From positions 17,546,001 through 17,610,000 of the forward strand of contig CP158635.1 in NCBI GenBank assembly GCA_050273025.1: DNA of 64,000 nt, given 5' to 3'. The notes under the pieces were generated by a model. That model worked only from the letters and a program-made list of their open reading frames with translations, did not search any database and had not been told where the DNA came from. This document shows, piece by piece, positions 26,432-39,100 of this stretch. The stretch comes from Cenococcum geophilum. Lineage: Eukaryota. Each line of letters opens with the position of its first letter. Positions within the stretch are counted from its first letter, which is position 1. Position numbers and translations under genes: made by a program.

Positions 26432-29400
26432 GTATATATATATGTATGTATATTCTATTATAGCTATATACTATCTAGGGTATAGGCCGTTATAGAGCGC
26501 TAACTAAATACTTCCTACTATTAATATGCTTGCTCTAGTTTAGAAGCCAACTATAAAAACTATATATCTATTACCTAACGTTATACTTAACTAAGGAATA
26601 AATAAAGGAAAGTAATATGTTACTATTGAAGAAAGTTAGAGTTTAGAGGCGAGCCTAAGTAAGTAGTTTTTAATGCCTTGTGTCCGCAGGGCTATTCTAG
26701 CGTTATACGCTTCTTAATTAGCGACGTACTAGTGGAGGTATATATAGAGGAGGCTCGCGGTGTATTTGGTTAGATAATTAAAGGAGGAATTCTTAAGAGT
26801 CTTTGCTTATTAATATTGGCTTTTATACTCTTTATATCTTATATACTTAGGTATAAACGTCCGGTCTCCTTTATAAATTTAATTATAGCTTTAACTACGC
26901 TAATATCTAGCTTCTAGCGCTTAATTAGGCCATTAATATTCCTGCCTCCTTCTTATCTACGTAAGTAGCCTCCTAATATATATAATAGATCCCCAAATTA
27001 ATCTCTATATTACTTTCTTAGTTTAATCCTTTGCTACGCCTACCTCCTATAAGAGAAGAGGAAGTGCTATATTAACTTTATAAGCCTATAGTCGTATAAT
27101 ACCGTCTCTAATGTATTAATTTTATAAAGATATTCCTTTAGAAATAACTTGCCGGTCTGTAGCTATATAAGGATGGCAGCTTCTAAGCTAATTAGCTGCT
27201 AGTATAATCCTATAGCCTTTCTAAGGTGGAGTGCTGTGTTAATCTTCCTTATAAACTTACTTATATTAGATCTTCCTAATAGAAGCGGTCCTATTATTAT
27301 CTTAGCTCTTTTTAACGCTTACGTCATAAGGTACTATAGGAGGCCGTCTCTCTATAGTGGCTCCTTACTCTCTAGTCTTGTTGCTACTTTAGCAAGCTTA
27401 TTAGCCTTCTTATTTCCTATAAATCCTAAATAGCCTAGAATTTAGTATAGCGTGACATTGTTTAGCTAAAGCTTCTTTAAGATCTCTATAACTATTTTCT
27501 AGCAGGCTTTAGCCCTCTAGCTCTATACTAACAGTAACGCTAATTATAAGTTAGAGAATATTCTTATACTAGATACAGGTATTAGAAAACCTACTTAGTT
27601 AATAACTATATACGTAGGGTCCTATGGCTAGTTAGCTGCCTTACTAATTGCTAGAAGCTTTATAAGGTGGGCGTCGGCCTAATTAGAGCTTACTACCGTT
27701 TTTAAAAGCGTTACTTTAGATGGCGTAGTATATACACTAACTCCTGCCCTACTATTGCGTACTAATATATTAACGTATATATTAACCTGCCCTAGCTTAT
27801 AGTCTTTAATAATAGCTTAAGTATAATCTTCGTCCTTATATATTACTATGTTGGGCTTAGCTACCTATGGCGGGTATATATATAGTTTAACCTTTAGCAC
27901 CCTATTTACCTAGACATCCTTATATATCTCTACTATCCTCTAGAGCGGCGATTAGTGCTATCTATAGAGCCTCTGTCTTCAAATTATCTAATAAGGATAT
28001 AATTTACCTAGTTTATAGATTAATACCTAGAACGCGATAGCCTAGTTATATAGCCTTTATTTAAGAGGAAGTAAGCTAGCTTCTACTTCCGCTATTAATA
28101 GGGCAACGGAGCAGAACCCTCTAATAATAGCTTATACCGTAATTCTCTACGCCTACTAGAGGAGCTATATTAACTCTTATATTGTAAGCGGGTACTATAT
28201 TAGCGACGCGTAGTCTACTACTAGTAGGACTAAGCTCTTAGCTAGCTGCTTAACGCTCTTAAACTACAGTCCCTTTAATTTATGCAACGCTAGCGCTACC
28301 TTGGTGGCTTTGCCTACCTTATTTATTAGGTACGCCTTAAACCATAGCTCCTTATTAAGGATTACCCCAAGGATTTTAACTTCCTAAGTTAGGGGGATCC
28401 CTTTTCCTTTAAATTAGAGTGGCGTAGTAGTATCCCTACCTGCTTTTTTATATCTAGTAAGGTAAATAAATAACGTTTTCTTCGCTTTAAATTAGGCTCC
28501 ATTAGTCCTCTCCTATTTCTTAAGTATTGGTATAATCTCGCCCTAGATAATCTATATATTTTCCTCCGCTATAGGGCCTGTAACCTATACCAAGTAGTTA
28601 TTAATAAAGGCTATAGAGCTGCCATTTCTAGGTGCGCTTTATATAAGATCCGCGTTAAAGAATAGAAAGAGTATTAGGGCTAGTGCTGATCCCTATAGGA
28701 GACCCGCCTGCGGGAGCGCCTATACCTTTAATATATATCCGTTAACTAGGATATAGGCTTAATAGTTTATATAAAAGTCCTATACCTATTATATAATTAT
28801 CTAAGGTATCTAACGCTACCGTAATCTCCTAATTTCCGGCTTTATAGCCATATTATTATACGCACCCTTAATATTAAATAATACTAGAAATAGCGTCTTC
28901 TTTCCTCTCTACGCTTTAAATACGTCCTCGCAGAGATACGATAGCGTATATATTGTTAACCTTTACTTTCTAGCTCTAAAGTGCGTCTTAGATAGTAGGC
29001 TGTGTTCCTCTATTAGGTATACTATTCTCTCCGCTACTAGCAATTTAAGTGCTTTTCTTAGTGTTAAAAGGAGGGAGATCGGCCTATAGTTATTTGCTAC
29101 CGTATAGTCCCCCTACTTTAGCTTCTATAGCGGTATAATCTTTGCTACCTTCTATTTCTAGGGTACCTTTCCTATCTTAAGTAATTTGGTAAAAAGAGTG
29201 GTGATCTTACTACTTAGTACGGGCCACAGCTCTTACTATACCCTAGTTAGTAGGCCGTCCCTTCTAAAAGCCTTGTTTAGGCTAGCCCTAAACATAACTA
29301 CCTTAACCTTATATTTGGCGATAGGCTCCTATAGTAATTGGTTGTAGCTAGTTATAGCTTCCTCCTTTTATTTATATAGTAGCGGGACCAGAAAGAATGC

Positions 29401-32146
29401 CTGGAGTAGTTCTCTTATAATATTATAGTTTTCTATAACAACTTCTCCCTGTCCTCTATCCTTTTTAATTAGTGGTATTTTAGTAAACGCGGATATAGCC
29501 TGCGGATTAAGGTATTTTAACGCTTTCTATATATTATTACTATTACTAAGGAATTCGTCCTAATAGAGCTTCCTATATCGCTAAATAGTCCTATAAAAGA
29601 GCTTCTTTACTCTTACTGCGACATTATATAGCTTAGGGTTGTCCCTTCCTTACCTCCGTATCGTGCTATTCTTATTTCTTTAGTATATATATAACTTCCT
29701 TAATATTATAAGGTCTTCGTTCCACTATCTTTTTATATATAGTAATAGTCTAGCCCATTAGCAGTGTGCTTTAAGGGCTTTATTAACCTACCTATTAAGG
29801 CAGTTAACTATTTTATCTATATCTTTTATAGGGAATCCTATCTCTTTCTATTGCTTTACGTCTTCTTATATCTTATCCTAGTTTATATTTTTAATAAGCA
29901 GCCTCTCCTAGCTCTTCTACGTGCCTATATTAACCCAGAAGCTAGTATAAATAGCTCTATAGTCTAATCCGTACTTATACTCCTAGATAGCGCACTTTAC
30001 TAATTTACTTACTAGGCCTAGGGTTGTAAGTATAAGGTCAATTATTGATATTCGCCCCGCGTTACTTTTAAATATAGGTATTCCCACTAGAAGTAGGCTC
30101 TAGAGTAACTAGTCTGCTATAAAGTTAATAATTAGTGCGCTTTCTTTCTACGTTAATATAGTACTAATATAACTTCCTCCCTATAGCAAATTATACCAAT
30201 TAAAGTTACCTATAATTACTACCTTGGTATATAGGTCGCGTAATAGTTCACCCTAAATTAGCCTATTAATTATCTCTAGTCTACTAAAGAGCTCCTCTAA
30301 GTTCTTTTCCTTAGTTCTCCTTAAACATCTGTCTAGAATATATACTAACATAATTATAAGTCTCCTTTAGCTAATATATACTACTACCGCCGTAATATCT
30401 ATTAAATCTACCTATAGCTATATAGCTGCTAGCTTTTTAGATACCTAGATATATAACCTAACTAGGGGATACCGCTACTACCTGCCTATTAGGACGAACC
30501 TTATTTACTAGGGATTTAAGCCAGCTAGTACTACTTTCCTATCTAAGAGAAAGTAGTAAGGCTCCTAGCCTAAAATAAAGTAGAAGTCCGCTAGCGCTTT
30601 ATTATTATATAGCGTATACTACGCCTCCCTACACTTCTTTATATTCGCCTAAAGGATCTAAAGTTCTCTATTTATAGCGCTATTGTATAAGAATCCTATC
30701 TATCTCTTTCCTATATACTAGGCATTTACAGTATAAGGCTTAGTAAGGACCCTAGCAGTTTATATAGTATAGATTCACTATCTTACACTAGAGATAGCCT
30801 TCCCGCCTATATATTTTATATATATTAGGTCGCGTATAGTCTCTAGCCCTATATCTAAACCTTTTATATTTATAGTATACTATAAGGGTACGTCACTCCT
30901 TAAATAGTAATATAATAATCGCGCCTCCCCTAAATAATACGTTATTTAATGTAAGCAGCTTCTCTATATCCTTCTTTATTACCACTTTAATAATTACTAA
31001 CGCATACTAGCCGCGCGGCCTTAGTTATCCCAGCTATCTTATTATATATACCTCTACCCCATTCTCTACCCTAAAGCGCTCTATAGTTAACTTACTTACT
31101 TTTCCGCTGTTAATATCTATTGCTAAAGGTACTTTAACCTAGTCTACCTTAACTATATACTACTTAGGTCCAATAAGCCTTGCCCTAAGGATATACGGTT
31201 TAAGCTATTAAGCAGTTATCTGCCTAAATATAGCTTTTTTATCTTTTTCTACTAAGAATCTAATAATGCTTACGTTGTTGCTTATTCGCTATACGCGGAA
31301 GTCCTTAAGTATAGCTCCCGTAAGCCCCTTAATATCCTTTATACCTTATATAATAGTTTACTTTACTACTTTAGTAGTAGCTACCCTTTCTATTACCTCT
31401 AAACCTACTTGGCTAACGTCTATTACTAGCTGCTAATTAGGTTCCTTAGGGTTCCTAGCGCTTATTATTTATAGCAAGGTTATTTCTAACCCTATTATAC
31501 CTCTACTGGCCGCTACTAATGCCTATAATTATATTAGAGCTAAGGAAGTGTTTAGTTACGCTTATAAGGACTAAATAGCCTTTTAGAGTTTAGCGTTTTA
31601 CTTTTTAAGGCTTTACTATTCTAATTTAATATCTATAAGGTTATTTCTAATACTCTTAATAATGCTATTCTAGTTTATAATAATGTTGCTCTGCTATACT
31701 ATAGTTTCTTTAAGGCTTTTAATAAGTTAATAAAATTTATTATAATTAATACCTCCTTCTTTATATTTAGGTAAGGTAGAGACTCTTACTATAGGGAATA
31801 GAGGCAGTATATACTATATAGCTTATAGTCCGGTTTATAGTATAGTTATTTGCTATTTAAACTATGCTAATATTTAGGCTTATATCCTTAGTGACTGCTA
31901 GGCCTCTTGCACCTTCGCGCTTGGTTTCTTTATATATCTTAGTAGAGCTGCTAGCGGGTCTAGAGGTAGTGTTACTAATATGCGTTTAGGGGTCAAAGCA
32001 GCTATTAGGGCTTTGGGGCTTCGTTTAGTGGGCTGTAGGGGCCGTCTTGTAGCGGGAACTAGCTAAACAAAAGACTAGGATTTAATTAAAAGAATGTCCG
32101 AGATGAATATCCTCCTCTTTTAAAAGTTTCCTCGCCACCTTCGTCC
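26432..32146 (-). mobile_element. Tad-like LINE copy B, head-to-tail with copy A
   Basis: Collinear with 20681-26390 throughout, with independent RIP changes and small indels; flanked by CGCTATCTCCAC (26420-26431) and CGCCATCTCCAC (32147-32158). Confidence 0.92.
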
Positions 32147-32367
32147 CGCCATCTCCACAAGGGTGTGGCCGGAGCGGGTCGGCCGCCCTCCCTGCTAGCG
32201 CACCATGCAGAACATTTAAGTGCTAATTGATTTATTAAAGCATCGGCTAGTGATTAGCCTGATGAAGTAACTACAATGCCGATGCCGGCGCCTTAAGCAT
32301 ATTAACATTCAGACTTTTGCTTCTCATATTGTAGAAAGATAGTCAACCTATTAACGAAGAAACAAAT

Positions 32368-35300
32368 TTATAAAAGCTTCCCAGTACGGCACTCCATTGA
32401 TACATAGCGTGCCTCAACTTTCCCAACTCCCAATCTTTCATATCCATTCCCTAGTGATATTTCTCGGACGATCAATATGAAATAAGTCTTCTTAGGATCC
32501 TCTTTCTCGTCTATGCACATCCCAACGACAACACATTGTCGGCAATCAATATTAACTGTCATACCCTCCGCCATATCGGCTACTACATCCACCCATAAAG
32601 ATCCCACTCTCCCTGAATCAGTGAATATGGCACGTTCTTTCCCTTCTCGTTCTACTTGACAGTTTCGAAACTCCCTAACTTTGACGATTATTGCATGTTG
32701 ATCGGTGTTAAATCGAAGATCTTTAGAGACCGGAACCATGAGCCTCGAGTTCGACAGGAAATCGATTCCTCCAGAATATGCCATCCAAGACCAGGATGGC
32801 ACCTTTCGATCTTCGTAAGCAATCCGATCCGTATTCTCCTCGTCAGACCGCTTCCACAAGAGGAGTCTAGAAAAGAAGCAATTGAAGACTCCGTATCTAC
32901 ATTCCGTCGTCAAGACTCTTTCTATGCGCTTGACCAAGCCAGAGATCGCAGCATTCCTATCGCAATCCTTGCTAAGACCACATTGTGAATACCTCTTGAA
33001 AAGGAATTATATGAAGTTAACCGTGGGATCGTAGCCTGACATCCTAAGGCTTTCAGGGAATTGGGGATCAAGGATAACACCTTCCTTCCCTGGTGGGCTG
33101 GAATACATAATCGTAATGTTAGCATAACAACTTTACCAAGACCTTTAACTTCAGCCTTACCAATGCAGTCTTGTGAAGTTTTCGCAACGTATACCTTCCC
33201 CACACTCCCAATACGTCTGGTTCGCAGAAAAATGTATCGTTCGGCGGGACAGCACTCGCTCTTGAAGTACCCAAGCTCTCTGGTTAAGGGGACCTGCATC
33301 CACATCGTTGCTGAAGTCGTCTATGCCATCGCAGACATAAAGCCGTCTGCCTGAAACATCTTGGACCTGAATATACTGAGAATTTGGGTTCCGCTCAAGG
33401 AAGCCATCTTTGCAACTAGTCGCCGAACTCGCGGCAATGGTGCAGTAGGCGGAGGCAAAGACCTTTTCCATGAGCCCAGCTTCATTTTCCCAATCCTTCG
33501 AGTCTTTTTGAATTATGCAGATAGAATCGATCCAGAGGTATTCCTTCCCGAGTTGCTGAGTCACTTCAATAGCATCCTGAAATGTCTTCGGTAGATCATC
33601 GGAGCTGAATCCTTCCAATCGATGAGGATAGTTATCCTTAGTGGTGCAGAACTGCTTCTCTTCCTCGTCCGTCAGAGTACCCCAGCGGTGCGAGAGCGCA
33701 ATATAGTCCAGTCTATTATTCTGCTCCCGTCCATTAGGTCGCTCCCGAAGTTCCAATGTTTTGGTACCAGGACCTCCAACAAAGATGACCCTCGTCGGAC
33801 AGTATGGCTTTCGCTGATTGCATTTTAGACTCCTGTCGCACTTTCGAAGCCATTCGCGCAGTAATTTGAAGTATGGAGAGCTGCTAGTAGAGGGACGAGC
33901 GATTTTATGTAAAGTAGGAGGTCCAATTTGAATATCGTTATTATTATCTGCCGATGATTCTTTTGCCAACGTGAAATAGTGAGCGATGTTGCTATATTGC
34001 CAAAAGGGGGTAAAGACGAACCTGGATCGGCACAGAGCCGAAGTATGCGTGGCCCACCTCCAGCAACTGCCAGCGCTGAATTATATCTGACTATATGAAC
34101 CGGCTGATGGCTATCACTGTGATAACGGGGTACCACATCAAGAAGCAGTTTGCAGAGAGGACAATTATTTGCCAGAGTCCGTAATTCAAAGGCAATAATA
34201 GAGCGGTTAAAAGAGAGAAGTTGTGTGCAATCTGAACACAATCGAGCGGAGATGGGATTTCTAGAAGGCGTATTCCAGGGCTCTTTGCTGAAAACGTCCG
34301 CAGCGAATCGATTATCGACAAGATACCCCCAAGGCGTCTAATTAAATACCTAAGTCAATATAATATTTAAGGGAGCTTAAATATTCAAAAACAAACACCC
34401 ACTGCCTACACCGACAAACAGACCACGGTCAGCAGCTATCACATCCCATCCATCTTAGAGAGGCCGACTTACCTCCTACACCAACAAACAGACCACGGTC
34501 AGCAGTTATCACATCTCATCCGTCTCAGAGAGGTCAATTTACACGCTACACCAACAAACAGACCACGGTCAGCAGTTATTACATCTCATCCATCTCAGAG
34601 AGGCCAACTTACCTCCTACACCAACAAACAGACCACGGTCAGTAGTTATCATATCTTATCCATCTCAGAGAGGTCGACTTACACGCTACACCAATAAACA
34701 GACTATAGTCAGCAGTTATCACATCTCATCCATCTCAGAGAAGTCAACTTACTGCCTACACCAATGAACAGACCACGGTTAGCAGTTATCACATCTTATC
34801 CATCTCAGAGAGGTCAACTTACCCACTACACCAACAAACAGACCACGGTCAGCAGTTATCACATCTTATCCACCTCAGAGTGGTTAACTTACCCACTACA
34901 CCAATAAACAGACCACGGTCAGCAGTTATCACATCTCATCCATCTCAGAGGGGTTAACTTACCTCCTACACCAACAAATAGACTACGGTCAGTAGTTATC
35001 ACATCTTATCCATCTTAGAGAGGTTAACTTACACGCTACATTAATAAACAGACTATGGTTAGTAGTTATCACATCTTATCCATTTCAGAGAGGTCAATTT
35101 ACACGCTACATTGATAAACAGACTATGGTCAGCAGTTATCACATCTCATCCATTTTAGAGAGGTTGGTTTACCCACTACACCAACAAACAGGCCATAGTT
35201 AGCAGTTATTACATCTTATTCATCTTAGGGGGGTCGGTTTATACGCTACACCAATAAACAACCTACAATTAGTGGTTATTACATCTTATCTATCTTAAAG

Positions 35301-35888
35301 AGGTTAACTTACCCACTACACCAATGAATAGACTATGGTCAGCAGTTATCACATCTTATCCATCTTAGAGAAGTCAATTTACTACCTATACCAATAAATA
35401 GACTATAGTTAGTAGTTATTACATTTTATCTATCTTAAAGAGATTAACTTATACGCTACATTAACAAATAGACTATAGTTAGTAGTTATTACATCTTATC
35501 TATCTTAAAGAGGTTAACTTACCTTCTACACTAATAAACAGACTATGGTTAGCAGTTATTATATCTTATCTATTTTAAAGAGGTCGACTTACCTCCTATA
35601 TTAATAGATAGACTATAGTTAGTAGTTATTACATTTTATTTATTTTAAAGAGGTTAATTTACCTGCTATATTAATAAATAAACTACAATTAGCAGCTATT
35701 GTTTATTTATATAGTATAATATACCTTCTAGATTTATTAGTATAGTTAAAGAATTACACTTATAAGGCTAAACTATATACATCCTATATCTTTATTAGAT
35801 TAAAATGCTAAACTTTTAATTTATAATAATAACCAACTATAAAGTTATTATAAATCCAAGAAAGGATTTATTTACCTAAAAATGCCAT
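32368..35888 (-). pseudogene. HET-domain (heterokaryon incompatibility-like) gene with N-terminal microexon array; one premature stop
   Basis: Large exons 34337-34022, 33959-33161 and 33097-32368 join in frame via GT..AG introns (34021-33960, 33160-33098). HET motifs PTRVI, YIALSHRWG, LPKTFQDAI, YLWIDSICIIQ, DWENEAGLMEKVFASAYCTIAA, LNQRAWVLQERVLSRRTIHF, PSWSW, YERLGVG; N-terminal CSDC and CPLCKLL. In-frame TAA at 33009-33007. The start at 35888 is tentative. Confidence 0.88.
34403..35700 (-). repeat. Tandem array of 70-bp units = 67-nt intron + 3-nt exon (19 microexons, 18 repeat introns)
   Basis: Minus-strand unit GTAAGTTGACCTCTCTGAGATGGATGAGATGTGATAACTGCTGACCGTGGTCTGTTTGTTGGTGTAG + NNN; exact 70-bp periodicity, with triplets at 34403+70n up to 35663. 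Confidence 0.92.
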
Positions 35889-36180
35889 TTTTAAGGTTTT
35901 TATTATACTATAACATTACTATTAGGGAACTGTTTTAATTTATTATATGGGGTAAGGTCTAGCTATTAATAAAGATAGTAATAGCTAAGGGACGCTTGCC
36001 GCGGCACTGTAAAACATAGACGGTCGCTTCGCTGCACTAAGGCCGCCAATTAGGGGTAGGCTTTACGCGAAAGGATTAAGCTGAGAAGCCGTCTTTAGTA
36101 TTATCTTCTATTAAGAATCGAGCTTCTAGTGGCTTAAGGAGGCTAGTTTACTAGCCTCTTTAATTTTGTATTATATATAA

Positions 36181-39100
36181 TGTTACGGACGCTTTAAGTA
36201 CGATATTATAACTACTTAAAGAGGAGTTAGAAGAAGCTAGTTAGTTAATATAAGTACGGTTTAAGATGGAGCTAATAGAGTTATATAACGAGGAATAGTA
36301 GCTAAGGTTATATAACGTGATCTATATAATCTATAGAATCTATATAATCCGCGATAGAGTAAATAGAGTATACGTATATTATATACAAGAAGGATTTTAT
36401 AGGAGTACGGTTATATATTTAAGGACCCTTAGTCCCTACCTAGATAGTTTCTTTCTTATAGTAATTCTTAGAATACAATTAGAGTTAATCTGTTAGGCAA
36501 CCACTCTACTAGTTATTATTACGTTATTAACTTTAATTTGTATTACCTATATACCTAGCCTAATAACAAGCCTACCGTAGTTCTTACTATAAGGTTTTAT
36601 TACACAATTACTACCTAGTTATAGTATTAAATATAAAAAGTCGAATAATATACCACTAAAGCAGCCACTATAACGCTATTAACGGCGGCAACTACTTTAA
36701 GGTTAGGTAACGACACTAGTATAGTAAACACTAACTTATAGCAACCTGTAACGGTTAGACAACTATAAGAGATAATTAACCAGTTAATAATAAATAATGC
36801 AGCGTTAAAAGAAAGGGTTAATGGGTTAGGAGTAGTAAAGATTAAGTTACCATTAATTAAGAGGTACTTAGGAGAAAGATTAAAGCTTAAGGGGTTTCTT
36901 ACTTAAATGCACTTTAAAGTTATATAAGAAGGGGTAAAGCTGCCAATATCTATGAATTAAATAGCGTATGCGGGACTATTTCTATTAGGAAGAGTACTTA
37001 AGTAGTTTAAGCCTTACCTTACGGAGATATAAGCGAATAGAATAATAACTACTAATTAGGAAGTACGATTTATATTTATAAGCTAGAAAGGGTTTATAAA
37101 GTAACTTATATAAATATTTAGAGACCTAAAGGCGGTAACTATAGCGAAAAGAAAACTCTAAGATATTACGTAATAAACCTTGGCAATTAAGTATATAATG
37201 TAGTTCTAGACGTTAGTAATATAAGTAAAGTAGAATAATAAGGCGCTTATAGCACAGTATAAGTAAGGACTTAAGGCTAAAGTCTAGGACGCGATTATCC
37301 TAATAGAAGATGCGGAAACCCTATAGGATTTAATAGATTAAGTAATTAAGATTAATAATTAGATCTACTAAAGGGAACAGGCTAAAAAAGGCTAGGATAG
37401 AGTTTTATAGTTATATAAGGCGCAGAGCACACAACAACTAAAGCTAAGTTAAAAACTATAGTATAGCGTAAAGCTAATAGACCTAAGTAGTACTAAAGAA
37501 GCCTATAAGAGATAGAGTAAAAAACCGTAGAAACTTAGAGGATAAGGATTAAGTAATTAGAGGTCTAAGAAGCAAAGGCTAAACTAAAAATCTTAGCAGC
37601 AGAAGACGTTTAGGCGGACTCTATAGCAAAAAAAATGGTTTAAAAAGGGAGGTTATATAAATTGCGGAAAATAAGGTTACTACGCCAGAGACTATAAAAG
37701 TAGTTAAAGTTACTATGCAGTAAAGGGAATAAGACTAATAGACGACATATATATATAAAGGGATAACAATATACTATAAGGAACAAAAGAATATTTAATT
37801 AAAAGTTTTGCGTTTTGTTATAATAACGTATACTAAATTTATAAGAACGCTAAGTATAGCGCAAGCTATTAGCTATAAGAGCTATATTTAGCGGAATATA
37901 AAGAAACTAATAAACTAGTTTACAGATCGGATATTAAGGATAATAGATTTAATAAAGGCGAAACATTTTATAATAATAAGGCGATAAAAGCGGCTTACTA
38001 GGAGTATATAGACCTTAAAGATGTTATATAAGAGGTAGAGGATAATTCCACTACAGAATAGGGAACATTAGTAGGGATTAAAACCCCACTAGATACAATA
38101 TTTATCGCTTCGCGAGATATAAGAGAAGTAGGATAGTAAACTACTTCGGCACTTAATAAAGGTAAAAGGCCAAAGGCTTAAGATTCTTAAGATAAGATAA
38201 GAGATAACTAAGATTCTTAAGACGAGATAAGGCAAGCTTAAGGACCTATAATAGACGATAACTAATAGAGCAGAGCAGTAGCTTAGTTTAAAACTATATA
38301 AATAAGCTTAGAATAGAGTTTCCTATAGGTATAAGATTCTTAAGACGAGATAAGTAAGATTTAAGACTCTTAAGATAAGATAAGAATACCTAAGCCTAGT
38401 TAGACTAAGGTAGGAGCAAAGCTTAAGACAGAAGCGAGCTTAAGATTAAAAATCCTATAGAACTAAGACTTCGAGACACGAATGAGGACTATTAATAAGA
38501 TTAGAGAATCTGAAATATAAATAGTAACTAGATTAGGAGATAGGTATATAGACCTAGAGGACTTACTAGGGGAATGTAGTGTTTAGCCTAAAGATCAAAA
38601 AATTAATACTAAGATTAAGAAGTAAGAAGACTTTAAGGATCTATTTATAAGACGCAAACTAAAAGAAACCATAGAAGAATTTAGGCAAAAAATTATCGTA
38701 TAGCAAGAATAGAAACTAGAAAAGAGATCTAGTATATTAGAATGTATAAGGGATAGAGCGCTAGTATAAAGGATTACTAATAGGCCTAGGGCAGGCACAC
38801 TAAGAGCTAAGTGGCTTACTAAACTGGAAAATAAAGAGGATCTAGGAATTTCTATTAGGTTTAAAGAACGATATATAAAGGGCTGTTATAATATAGTAAT
38901 AAGAAGATATTTTCTTATAAACAAGCCGTATATACTTAAGGGGCTGTACTAAAAGTGGTATAGACAACGACATAACGATAAGTAGGAAGATTTCTATATA
39001 TGGTTAGATAAAAAAGTTATCTAAAACCACCTAATTATAGAGAAGGCTATAAGTTACATTAAAGGAGCCTTAATTATAACGTTAAAAGATCTAAAGAAGC

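Noticed and set aside
32656..34341. Plus-strand ORFs (32656, 33061, 33361, 33622, 34150) and the alternative minus frames 32922-33305 and 34091-34321
   Set aside because: Shadow frames of the spliced HET gene with no recognisable motifs.
34403..35700. CRISPR array or protein-coding tandem repeat
   Set aside because: No unique spacers or cas genes and a eukaryotic context. The 70-bp period is not a multiple of 3, whereas splice signals explain the unit fully.
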